64,000 nt of DNA from a bacterium (GTDB lineage: Bacteria; RBG-13-61-14; DATKZS01), in assembly GCA_963674965.2 (NCBI GenBank), contig CAXXFL010000006.1, positions 960,001 through 1,024,000 of the forward strand. The letters are read 5' to 3'. Below, piece after piece: positions 37,972-48,313 of this stretch. The first letter of the stretch is position 1. Every line of letters begins with the position of its first letter. The position numbers were made by a program, and so were the translations under genes. Under the pieces are notes generated by a model. That model was given only the letters and a program-made list of their open reading frames with translations. It ran no database searches and had not been told where the DNA came from.

Positions 37972-38718
37972 ATGAGCCAAGAAGAAGAGGACAAGAAAAA
38001 AGGACCGGCCCAAACGGTCCGCCTCGAGCTGAACTGGAGGCATACCGCCGTGGCGGCCATTGTCGTTTTCGTTCTTCTCGAGCTTATCTTCCTCTCCTTC
38101 CAGAAGCTCTCCCGCCATGACGGGCCGGGGCCAAAAGAAACGCCGGTTAAAGAAAACGCGGCCAACGCCATTATCCCCGACCCGCCGCCGGAAAAAGAGG
38201 CGACGACGAATGAGGGTCCATCGCTCATGGACGCCGGGACCTCCGCGCAAGGGGGCGACTCGATCATCCCGGACGCGGCGGATATCGATCCCGCGCCCAA
38301 GCGCGAAGTCCATCTTGACGGGACCATCGAGGAGGACCTCGCTCCCACGCCTTCCAGGAAGGAGGAAAAACCCGGCTCGTCCGCCTCGACGGCCCCGGCT
38401 TCCGGGCCAATCCAGGATGAGCCATCCTCATTGTCCTCCTACCAGGCCGAGGTCGCGGACGTCCTCTACTCGCGATGGCGGGTGCCCCTCTCCATAACCC
38501 GGCCCGAGAAGATTTCTTATGAAGTGAAAATCGAAATCGGGTCCGACGGCGAGATTCTGTCAAGCACCGCCCTCAAGGCCTCGGGCGACCCGGAACTGGA
38601 CCGGTCGGTGGAGGACATGCTCGAGAGGGTCGGACGTCTTCCTCCCCCTCCCCTCGGAGCCGGCAAGAAAAGTCTGACCCTTCCCCTTCGCTTCTCTCCC
38701 CGGTCCGAGCCGATATAG
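37972..38718 (+). CDS. Second TonB/TolA C-terminal domain protein
   Basis: N-terminal TM, low-complexity linker, ASGDPELDRSV...LPPPP. Confidence 0.75.
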   Translation: MSQEEEDKKKGPAQTVRLELNWRHTAVAAIVVFVLLELIFLSFQKLSRHDGPGPKETPVKENAANAIIPDPPPEKEATTNEGPSLMDAGTSAQGGDSIIPDAADIDPAPKREVHLDGTIEEDLAPTPSRKEEKPGSSASTAPASGPIQDEPSSLSSYQAEVADVLYSRWRVPLSITRPEKISYEVKIEIGSDGEILSSTALKASGDPELDRSVEDMLERVGRLPPPPLGAGKKSLTLPLRFSPRSEPI

Positions 38719-38768
38719 AAGCCCGCGTGGCCGGCCTTTGAAAAAAAACTTGACTGCCGATAAAATAA

Positions 38769-39784
<1,016 letters not shown>

Positions 39785-39785
<1 letters not shown>

Positions 39786-40705
39786 TGCGCGCTCTTATAA
39801 CCGGAAAAAACGGGTTCGCGGGAACGCACCTTGCCAAACTGCTTTGCTCCCGCGGACACGAGACTTTCGGGCTGGAGCTCGGCGGCCAAAGGGTTGACCT
39901 GGCCGACGTCCGGTCCCTTACCGGCTTGGTAAATGAAATCAAACCGGACCTGGCGTTTCACCTGGCGGCCGTGAGCGGAGTGGGCGCGTCCTGGAAGGAC
40001 CCGGACGCCGCCTTCGCCGTCAACGTGGAGGGCACGAGAAACCTTATGCAAGCGGTCGCGGACGAGGCCCCCGCGGCGAAATTGCTCTTTGTCGGCAGCG
40101 GCTCGGTTTACGGCGGTCCCGATCCCTCAGGGCGTCCCTTCAAGGAGGATGATCCTCTCGATCCTCGAAACCCATACGCCAAAAGCAAGGCCGAGGCGGA
40201 AAAGGTCTGCCGGATATTCCATGAGGAGAGAGGTCTGGACGTCCGGATTGTAAGACCCCTCGGTCATGCCGGGCCCGGCCAGAGGCTGGGCTTCGTGGCG
40301 CCGGACCTGGCCTCCCAGATCGCCCGGGCCTCCCTGGCCGGGGATAAAGGGCCCTTCGAGATCGAAGTCGGTTCCCTCCAGGTCAAGCGGGAGTTCGCCG
40401 ACGTGAGGGACGTGGTAAGGGCGTATCTTATGATCATGGAGAAAGGCGAGCCGGGACGGACGTACAACCTGGCCACTAACGAGCCTCACTCCATCGAGGA
40501 AGTGGGACTTACGCTCATCGAGGCGGCGGGCATCGACGCAAGGCTTAAGTCGACCATGGAAAGGAAGCGCAAGAACGACGACTCGACCCCCGCCCTGGAC
40601 ATGGAAAAAACCCGGGCCCTGGGGTTCGATTACGAAATACCCTTCCATGTAACCATGGCCGACGTGCTAGGCGATTGGAAAACCAAATTGGGTGAAAAGG
40701 CGTGA
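39785..40705 (+). CDS. GDP-4-keto-6-deoxy-mannose reductase-like SDR (Rmd-like)
   Basis: GKNGFAG, YAKSK, GPGQ...ASQIA, REFADVRDVVRAY; coupled to gmd. Confidence 0.7.
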
Positions 40706-41733
40706 ACGCTCATTCTCGCGACTATCTATTCGATATAAACGGCCTTATAAAAACGGCCGTTTCCGGCCCCGCCCTTCTCACGGGTCCCGTTGCTCTCGAG
40801 CTGCAAAACTATTTTGTCAAGGAACGGACCGGCGAGAAGCCCGATCTTATCGTCAACCTGAGATATCTGGGGCAATGGCCGGGCGCCGCGCCCGGTGATG
40901 GGAATAGACCTCATGCCTGGGAGGGAAAACATCTCATCGCCAGGTGGAAGGCCCAATGGACCGATTCTTCGTCCGGCCCCCCCTCGCTCGATTTTTATGG
41001 AAACCTGGCCTCCCGGTTTATCGTCAGCAAATGGATAGTCGAGCCGGCCATCCGGGTCGTCCTGGCCGGAAAAGGAATATCCATGACCCACGCCGCCGCC
41101 GTCTCCGACGGAAAAAAGGCCCTCCTTATAAGCGGGGAAGGCGGAGCGGGAAAAACCACCTTTGTACTCGACTGGCTGGCCGCCGGGCATCCCTACTCGA
41201 GCGACGACTTCTCCATCATCGACCGGGACAAAATCATGCCCTACGTGACTCCCATGCGGCTGGGCGCCATGAACCTGATCATGAACCGGACGCTCTCTTC
41301 CTTGCCCGCCCGTGACAAGGCCGAGATATTTATACGGACCGCCGTCAGGCGGGCGCTGTTTAAAAAGGTCAAGCTCTATTACAAGGGCAATCCCGCCGAG
41401 ATAATCCCGCGATACGAGCCCTCCCCTCCCGTGCCAATAGGGGGGGCGGTGATTTTATCGAGGTCCGGCCCGGGCAAGATCGAGAAAGTATCTCCCGAGT
41501 CAATATCCGAGACCATGAAGAAAGTCGACGTGGAAGAATCTCACGGCTTCGGCCAGACCTACCCCGGCCCGGCGGAAAAGGGGCCCCTGTCGGCCGATTA
41601 CTGGGACCGCCACCGGGAGCGCCTTTTCAAGGTCCTGGCCGGAAAGCCCTGTTTTCGAGTCTCCAACTTCAAGCCGCCTGCAAAAGTCCTGGCCTCGGTC
41701 GATGAACTTATCGCGTGGCTCGAAAAATCATGA
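40702..41733 (+). CDS. HprK-related P-loop kinase-like protein
   Basis: HAAAV...GEGGAGKTT...SDD. Confidence 0.65.
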   Translation: MNAHSRDYLFDINGLIKTAVSGPALLTGPVALELQNYFVKERTGEKPDLIVNLRYLGQWPGAAPGDGNRPHAWEGKHLIARWKAQWTDSSSGPPSLDFYGNLASRFIVSKWIVEPAIRVVLAGKGISMTHAAAVSDGKKALLISGEGGAGKTTFVLDWLAAGHPYSSDDFSIIDRDKIMPYVTPMRLGAMNLIMNRTLSSLPARDKAEIFIRTAVRRALFKKVKLYYKGNPAEIIPRYEPSPPVPIGGAVILSRSGPGKIEKVSPESISETMKKVDVEESHGFGQTYPGPAEKGPLSADYWDRHRERLFKVLAGKPCFRVSNFKPPAKVLASVDELIAWLEKS

Positions 41734-41788
41734 GCCGCCGACCGCTCGAGCCTTGGCCCTCGGATTGCCGCGTTTTATTGAGAAGAGC

Positions 41789-42826
41789 TTAATGATCGGG
41801 ACCGAGCAGGCTCATGACCTCGGTCTTGGCCATATTCCCCGGCAGATCGACCACGTAGCGGGGGGCGGACCCAGGCGGAACAAGGGCGAGGGTCTCCGAG
41901 TAAATCTTCCATCCTTCTTGCAGGCTAAGATAAAAATGCATGGCGCCGATCACCCGGTCGGGATGGTGCAGATAATAGGGCTTCACTCCAATCCCGGACA
42001 AACCCTGGAAAAGATCGGCCAGTTCGCGGGGCGAGTCGTTCACTCCCTTTAAAAGGACCGACTGGTTCCAGGTCGCGACGCCGGCTTGGGCCAGCTTTTT
42101 GGCGGCCGCCGCGAGCCCGGGTCCGACTTCCGCCGCGTGGTTGGCCTGGGTGACGATGACGCCGACTTTGTTTTCAGCAAGTATCTGGAGGATACCATGG
42201 TCCATTCGGGATGGCGCCACCACCGGCGCTCGCGAATGGACCCTTATACTCTCGACCGAGGGTATGCGCCTGAGGGCCGACAGCATTCGGTTTAGTCCCT
42301 GGTTGGAAATGGTGAGGGGATCGCCGCCGGAGAGTATGACCTCCCTGATTTGGGGACGCGAGGCCAGGTAGCCCGTCCAGCGCTCGAGGCGGTCATCGAG
42401 CGGCCGGCGCTCGCTCGGGGTCCCGCTCTTCCATATCCGCTTTCTCATGCAGTGCCTGCACCTTACGAGACATGCATCGGTGGCCAGGATGAGGACCTTT
42501 TCCGGGTAGCGGTGAAGGAGTCCGGGCGCGGCCTCGAAGTCACCCTCCCCCATGGGGTCATCTTCGCCGGCTTGGTCCAATTCCTCGCGGCGCGGCGCTA
42601 TCTGGGCGAAGACGGGGTCGGAGTAGTCCGGCGTCTTGACGAGTTGAAGGTATTCCTCGGTAGCCAGGACGGGATAGACCTTTGCCGCTTTGTTCCAGCC
42701 GGCCGGTGGAGAAAACCCGGGGAACCTTGCTTCCAGCATGGAGGCAAGATCGACTTTCCGACCGAAAAGGCGCGCGGACGGGAAGTCCCGCGTCTCGATC
42801 GGCCGTTCAGTCCGCGCCGTCTTCAT
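41789..42826 (-). CDS. KamA family radical SAM protein (lysine 2,3-aminomutase/EpmB-like)
   Basis: HRYPEKVL, CLVRCRHCMRK, VILSGGDPL, NQSVLLKGVND, PYYLH. Confidence 0.88.
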   Translation of the reverse strand: MKTARTERPIETRDFPSARLFGRKVDLASMLEARFPGFSPPAGWNKAAKVYPVLATEEYLQLVKTPDYSDPVFAQIAPRREELDQAGEDDPMGEGDFEAAPGLLHRYPEKVLILATDACLVRCRHCMRKRIWKSGTPSERRPLDDRLERWTGYLASRPQIREVILSGGDPLTISNQGLNRMLSALRRIPSVESIRVHSRAPVVAPSRMDHGILQILAENKVGVIVTQANHAAEVGPGLAAAAKKLAQAGVATWNQSVLLKGVNDSPRELADLFQGLSGIGVKPYYLHHPDRVIGAMHFYLSLQEGWKIYSETLALVPPGSAPRYVVDLPGNMAKTEVMSLLGPDH

Positions 42827-44303
42827 CGAACACGCAGCACATGACGGGCTTTCTGGCGGCCGCGACCTCGTCGAGCCTTCCGATGGGCGTGGTAAGAGGA
42901 GCGCTCTTAACCGTGTCCGGCTCGGTTGCCGCCTCCTTGGCTATCCTGGTGAGGGCGTCGATAAAGAGGTTGAGGGTCTCGAGTCCCTCGGTCTCGGTGG
43001 GCTCGATCATTAGCGCGCCGTGGATAACCAGGGGGAAGTAGATGGTGGGCGGGTGATATCCGTAGTCCATCAGCCGCTTGGCCACGTCCATGGTGGTGAC
43101 TCCGTTGGGCAGGTTCTTGTCCGAAAACACGGCCTCATGCATGCACTGGTCGGGATGGGCCAGGTGGTAGACGTTCTTTAACGCCACGCGAAGGTAGTTG
43201 GCGTTCAGCACCGCTATTTCCGACGCCCGCCTGACCCCCCTGGCCGAGAGCCGAGCCAGGTAGGCGTAGGCCCGGACCATGATAAGGAAGTGGCCGTAGT
43301 AGGCCATGACCTTGCCGATGGACTGGGGACGGTCCCACTCGAGGCGCGGCTCTCCGTCCTTCTCGACAAGGACGGGCACGGGCTGGAAGGCCTCGAGCCT
43401 CGACGACAATCCGACCGGACCCGAGCCCGGCCCTCCCCCGCCGTGGGGCGTCGAGAAGGTCTTGTGCAGGTTGAACTGAATCACGTCCACCCCCATGTCG
43501 CCCGGCCGGGAGATGCCCATGATGGCGTTTAAGTTGGCCCCGTCGCAATAAAGCAGCGCGTCCTTTTCATGGAGGACGTCGGCTATCTCCCGGATGTGCG
43601 TCTCGAACAGGCCCAGGGTGTTGGGGTTGGTCATCATCAGGGCCGCCACTTCCTCGTCCAGGTTTTCCTTCACCGTCTCGGGATCGAGCACTCCGTTTTT
43701 AGCGGTGGGAATCTCCTTGACCTCGTATCCCGCCAGGTTCGAGCTGGCCGGGTTGGTACCGTGGGCCGTGTCCGGTATAAGCACCACCTTGCGCGGGTTG
43801 CCCTTGGACTCGTGATAGGCCCTGACCATAAGCATACCCGTAAGCTCTCCGTGGGCCCCGGCCGCCGGCTGGAGGCAGACCTTGTCCATGCCCGAGATTT
43901 CCTCGAGCATGCGCTGGAGCGAAAGCATAAGCTCGAGGGCCCCGCTTACCGTCTCGGGAGGCTGATCGGGATGGATATCTCTGAAACCAGGCAGGGAAGC
44001 CAGGTACTCGTTAACCTTCGGATTGTACTTCATGGTGCATGAACCGAGCGGATACAGGCCCGCGTCAACCCCGAAGTTCCAAGAGGAAAGGCGCGTGAAA
44101 TGCTGAGCCGCCTCCCGCTCGGTCACCATCGGAAGCCGAGGCGCCCGGTCGCGGATGAGAGAGTCGGGTATATCGCCCCTGACCTTTGCCGAATCCAGGC
44201 CCTCGCCGCCGAACCTCGACCTGTCCTCCGAGGCGCGGCTACGCTCGAAAATAAGCGGCTCGGACCAGGAAAGACCCCTCCTCTTCGAATAATCGTCGCT
44301 CAT
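42807..44303 (-). CDS. gcvPB: Glycine dehydrogenase subunit 2
   Basis: YPLGSCTMKYNP, NLHKTFSTPHGGGGPG (PLP lysine). Confidence 0.95.
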   Translation of the reverse strand: MSDDYSKRRGLSWSEPLIFERSRASEDRSRFGGEGLDSAKVRGDIPDSLIRDRAPRLPMVTEREAAQHFTRLSSWNFGVDAGLYPLGSCTMKYNPKVNEYLASLPGFRDIHPDQPPETVSGALELMLSLQRMLEEISGMDKVCLQPAAGAHGELTGMLMVRAYHESKGNPRKVVLIPDTAHGTNPASSNLAGYEVKEIPTAKNGVLDPETVKENLDEEVAALMMTNPNTLGLFETHIREIADVLHEKDALLYCDGANLNAIMGISRPGDMGVDVIQFNLHKTFSTPHGGGGPGSGPVGLSSRLEAFQPVPVLVEKDGEPRLEWDRPQSIGKVMAYYGHFLIMVRAYAYLARLSARGVRRASEIAVLNANYLRVALKNVYHLAHPDQCMHEAVFSDKNLPNGVTTMDVAKRLMDYGYHPPTIYFPLVIHGALMIEPTETEGLETLNLFIDALTRIAKEAATEPDTVKSAPLTTPIGRLDEVAAARKPVMCCVFDEDGAD

Positions 44304-44304
44304 C

Positions 44305-45663
44305 TCAAGCCTCCGAAAGGGCGCGCGAAAGCTGGGCCGCGTAGTTGTCAAGGTCGTCCTCGCCGAGGGTCTCGGTGACGGCGACCAGGATCGAGTTTTC
44401 GAGGTCCGGATAGGACTCGCCCAAAGGTATGCCGGCGAGAAAACCCTTTTGGGCCATGGCCTTTAATATCGGCCCCGGGTCCCTTCCAAGATCGAGGGCG
44501 AACTCGTTAAAGGTCGGAGCGGAAAAGACGATCCGGCCAATTTTTTCAGCCTCGAGTTTCTCCTTCAGATATTGGGACCTTGCGCGGCATATGGAAGCTA
44601 ATTCCCGGAGGCCGTCCGGGCCCATGATCGACATGTAGATGGCCGCGGCCAGGGCCAGCATCCCCTGGTTGGTGCAGATATTGGACGTGGCCTTGGCCCT
44701 CCTTATATGCTGCTCCCTGGTGGCGAGGGTGAGGACAAAGCCCCTCCTCCCGTCGGCGTCCGTTGACTGGCCGGCAAGGCGGCCGGGGGATTTGCGGGCG
44801 TCCTTTTTCCGGCAGGCGAACATCCCGAGATGGGGGCCGCCGAATCCCATGGGTATTCCCATGCTTTGCCCCTCACAGGCCACGATGGCGGCGCCGAAAT
44901 GTCCGGGCGGCTTCAGAAGTCCCAGGCTCATGGCCTCGGTCACGACCACCACCAGCACGGCGCCCGTCTTCTCGCAGGCCGCCGATATGGCTTCCATGTC
45001 CTCGATCGAGCCGAAATAATTAGGATGCTGGACCACGACGGCCAGTGGCCCTTCTTGTTCCAGGATTTTGTCCACCAGGGTCCGGCCGTCGGGACCGTAA
45101 CCGATCTCGATGATCTCGCGGCCGGAGCGTTTCATGTAAGTTGCGATGGTTCTCCGATAAAGGGGATTGACGGTAGTTCCCACCAGGATGGCGCCGGACT
45201 CGTTTTTGGCCGAGATTCTTTCGGCCATGAGCACGGCCTCGGCCGAGGCCTCGGCCCCGTCGTACATGCTGGCGTTGGCCACCTCCATCCCCGTCAGCTC
45301 GCAGACCATGGTCTGGTACTCGAAGATGGCCTGGAGAGTGCCCTGGCTGATTTCCGGCTGATAGGGGGTGTAGGCGGTGTAGAACTCGGAGCGAGAAAGC
45401 ATCTGGTCCACAAGCGGCGGGATGTAGTGGTGGTACGTGCCGCCTCCCAAAAGGCAGCGAACCGAACCGGCCTCCAGGTTTCGTCCGGCCATGGACCTGA
45501 CTTTCTTGACCAACTCGGGCTCGGTCAAGGCCTGGGGCAGGTCCAACTCTCCCTGATACCGGATGTCCTCGGGTATCGCTTTCCACAGGTCCTCGATCTT
45601 ATCCACCCCGATCGAGGACAGCATGGACTTTATCTCGGCTTCAGTATGCGGAATGTACGGCAT
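44305..45663 (-). CDS. gcvPA: Glycine dehydrogenase subunit 1
   Basis: YTAYTPYQPEISQG, NASMYDGA, REQHIRRAKATSNICTNQ. Confidence 0.95.
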   Translation of the reverse strand: MPYIPHTEAEIKSMLSSIGVDKIEDLWKAIPEDIRYQGELDLPQALTEPELVKKVRSMAGRNLEAGSVRCLLGGGTYHHYIPPLVDQMLSRSEFYTAYTPYQPEISQGTLQAIFEYQTMVCELTGMEVANASMYDGAEASAEAVLMAERISAKNESGAILVGTTVNPLYRRTIATYMKRSGREIIEIGYGPDGRTLVDKILEQEGPLAVVVQHPNYFGSIEDMEAISAACEKTGAVLVVVVTEAMSLGLLKPPGHFGAAIVACEGQSMGIPMGFGGPHLGMFACRKKDARKSPGRLAGQSTDADGRRGFVLTLATREQHIRRAKATSNICTNQGMLALAAAIYMSIMGPDGLRELASICRARSQYLKEKLEAEKIGRIVFSAPTFNEFALDLGRDPGPILKAMAQKGFLAGIPLGESYPDLENSILVAVTETLGEDDLDNYAAQLSRALSEA

Positions 45664-45676
45664 TTTCCGCCTCCGG

Positions 45677-46765
45677 TTATGCTTTCTTATAAAAGGGCCA
45701 TTTGGAAACGACCGCTTTTTTGATCTTGTCTCTAATCTCGACGCCTATCTCGACGCCGTTTTGAGAGTCATTAATCGGCACGTACCCCATGCCCAAGGCC
45801 TTTCCCACCGATGGGGGCTTGGTGCCGCTGGTCACTATTCCCTCTCCTCCGGGCGACATAATTTTATATCCGTCCCTCGGCACGCCGGGATCGGTCATGA
45901 TAAAGCCGACCCGTTTTCTGGCGACGCCTTGTTCCATCTGCCGTGCCAAGACGTTTTTACCAATGAAGTCGGGCTTTTTCATACCGACTATCCATTCGAG
46001 GTCCGCCTCGACCGGCGTTATCTCGGGGGTGATATCATGGCCGTGAAGCGGATATCCCATTTCAAGCCGCAGGGTGTCTCGAGCGCCCAGGCCCACCGGC
46101 AAAAGTCCCCTGCCCCGCCCCTTTTGCATGATCAGTTCCCACGCGTCCACCGCGTTTTCAGTGGGCACGAAAAGCTCGAAGCCGTCCTCCCCGGTGTAAC
46201 CGGTGCGGGCCGCCAGGACCTCGGTCCCCGCCAGGGTGGCCCGGGCAACGCCGAAGCGCTTGACCCCGGCAAGGTCCGTCTCCGCCGCGTCCATGACGAT
46301 ATCTCGAGCGGCCGGTCCCTGCACGGCGATCTGGGCCCACTCACCGCTTTCGTCCCGGACTTCACAGCCTGGTTTTTCCAGTCCCGCCAGCCACTTATAG
46401 TCCTCTGCCGCGTTGGCCGCGTTGACGCAAAGAAGGAAATCCTCCGTCCCCAAACGATAGACGAAGATATCGTCGATAAACCCGCCTTTTTCATTAAGGA
46501 GGGCCGAATACTGCGAGTACCCGTCAGTAAGCACCGAGGCGTCGTTAGTGGCGGCGCGCTGAATAAAATCAAGCGCTCGTGGCCCTCGGACGCGTATCTC
46601 GCCCATGTGGCTCACGTCGAATATGCCCGCCCGGCTCCTCACGGCCAGATGCTCGTCCTTGATGCCCGAAAACTGTACCGGAAGTTCCCAGCCGCAGAAA
46701 TCCACGACCTTGCCTCCCAGTCCCTCGTATAAAGAAAAAAGCGGAGTCCGCTTCAGGTCAGCCAT
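45677..46765 (-). CDS. gcvT: Glycine cleavage aminomethyltransferase
   Basis: LKRTPL, FDVSHMGE, RTGYTGEDGFE, GLGARDTLRLE. Confidence 0.95.
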   Translation of the reverse strand: MADLKRTPLFSLYEGLGGKVVDFCGWELPVQFSGIKDEHLAVRSRAGIFDVSHMGEIRVRGPRALDFIQRAATNDASVLTDGYSQYSALLNEKGGFIDDIFVYRLGTEDFLLCVNAANAAEDYKWLAGLEKPGCEVRDESGEWAQIAVQGPAARDIVMDAAETDLAGVKRFGVARATLAGTEVLAARTGYTGEDGFELFVPTENAVDAWELIMQKGRGRGLLPVGLGARDTLRLEMGYPLHGHDITPEITPVEADLEWIVGMKKPDFIGKNVLARQMEQGVARKRVGFIMTDPGVPRDGYKIMSPGGEGIVTSGTKPPSVGKALGMGYVPINDSQNGVEIGVEIRDKIKKAVVSKWPFYKKA

Positions 46766-46886
46766 GACACGTACCTCCAACTCTAGAGTATCACCGAGGG
46801 TATGTACGTTCAAACGGGGATTCGGCCATAATGAGGGCGCGGCGCAATATTACGCGGCCATGGAAAGCTTGGGGCAAAAAAGCGGC

Positions 46887-47834
46887 TTACTCGACGGTAT
46901 AGGTAAGATCGGTTGGCACTCCGGCCCTAATGATCTCGATGTTGAATTGATCGAACTGGGAGAGGGACTGGAGGAGCTTGAGCCCGTTTTCAACGTTGGC
47001 GTCCTGGCCGTTGATGGACTGGATAATATCTCCCGTCCTGATTCCGAGCTGCTCGAAGACGCTTCCTCTTTTCACGACGATCTCGAAGCCGGCCATGTTC
47101 TGGTCGTCGCCCTGGTGGAAATAGGGCTTGAGCTTGGCCTGGGTAAGAAGTGAGTTCAAGTTGCCCATGGCGTCCTCGATGGCGCTCCTTTGCACCACGA
47201 AGCTGGTCTCGCCCGTGGACTTGATGCGGTCGGAGTAGTTGTCCTTGTCCCGCTCGGGAGGCCTCATGAAGCCGGGTCTTTCCTTAATATGAGACGGTCT
47301 TTCCGGACGTTTTCTCTCCGGCCTGGTATCTTGTTTTTCGTCGAGCAGGAGTTCCTCGACTTCCCCGTCGTTCCTGGCCAGGAGCACGCGGTCCATCTCG
47401 ATGGCGTGAATCCTGGCTTTCTCGATTACGGGGTCGCCCTTCCTGTAGAGTCCGGTCGATTTCTCCTTGACGTCGATGATGGTGGCCAGGTTGGCTGGGC
47501 TGTCTTCCCCGTAATAGGCGATCCCCAACAACTCTAGCTTGAGGCTGGTTTCCTGAATCTCGCCGGAAGTGTCGCCCGGGGTGACGTCCACCGCGTCATC
47601 CTTACCCGCGGCGGCCTGGAAAAGATCCCGTTTCACGATCGAACCCACCGAAGGCGCCCGGCCCATGGAGTCGTCTTTTTTCTTTTCGTATTGGAACTCG
47701 GCAATTTCCGGCCCGTTCCCCACCTTGGCCCGAACGTAAGCGTTGAATCCGCTCCCTATCACGTAGGCGATCGCCGCGATAAGGGCCAGGTTAAGGGTCC
47801 ATCCGTATTTGCCGAACAATCTGGTCGCGTCCAT
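46887..47834 (-). CDS. Type II secretion GspC-like protein with a PDZ domain
   Basis: N-terminal TM, LKLELLGI HR domain, C-terminal PDZ (LGIRTGDIIQSING). Confidence 0.75.
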   Translation of the reverse strand: MDATRLFGKYGWTLNLALIAAIAYVIGSGFNAYVRAKVGNGPEIAEFQYEKKKDDSMGRAPSVGSIVKRDLFQAAAGKDDAVDVTPGDTSGEIQETSLKLELLGIAYYGEDSPANLATIIDVKEKSTGLYRKGDPVIEKARIHAIEMDRVLLARNDGEVEELLLDEKQDTRPERKRPERPSHIKERPGFMRPPERDKDNYSDRIKSTGETSFVVQRSAIEDAMGNLNSLLTQAKLKPYFHQGDDQNMAGFEIVVKRGSVFEQLGIRTGDIIQSINGQDANVENGLKLLQSLSQFDQFNIEIIRAGVPTDLTYTVE

Positions 47835-47943
47835 TTATGGTCTCCAAAGACGACTATCAATGTACCAGTATTTTCGTCATCTTTCCATCCGGTTTGGTTC
47901 CACCGATCGGGCAAAAAGATTTGGGTCGGCGTCCGCTCGGCTT

Positions 47944-48309
47944 CTAGCCGATATCTTCCTTAATCAGCTTCACGGCTTTTCTAAGGCCCATGTCGGCCTG
48001 GCCGGGAATGGCGTAGGGGTCAAGGGTGAGCACGACGTAGTACTCGTCGTTGACGGGGGCGGTGATAACGGTGAACTCGTCCTGATGAAACACGATCTTT
48101 TCGGCGGCGCCATGGGATAGTCGCTCGATCATCTCCTTGGCCCTGGCCAGGATGATGCCGTGGTGGGCGCCGACGAACTTGATCTCGTAGTCGGTCCTTT
48201 CCCCGGAGGTATAGGTCACGACGGCCTCGCCCTCCCAGTCGGCCAGGATGGCCGCCCTCGAGCCCGGCACGCTCTCGACCAGGTCCTCAATTATCTTGTC
48301 CAGGCTCAT
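47944..48309 (-). CDS. Roadblock/LC7 (MglB-like) protein
   Basis: LVESVPGSRAAILADWEGE pattern, 121 aa. Confidence 0.75.
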   Translation of the reverse strand: MSLDKIIEDLVESVPGSRAAILADWEGEAVVTYTSGERTDYEIKFVGAHHGIILARAKEMIERLSHGAAEKIVFHQDEFTVITAPVNDEYYVVLTLDPYAIPGQADMGLRKAVKLIKEDIG

Positions 48310-48313
48310 ATCC

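Noticed and set aside
41789-42826. KamA protein as the activase of the glycyl radical enzyme
   Set aside because: Its motifs are of the aminomutase family, not the PflA-type activase family, and it is 17 kb away.
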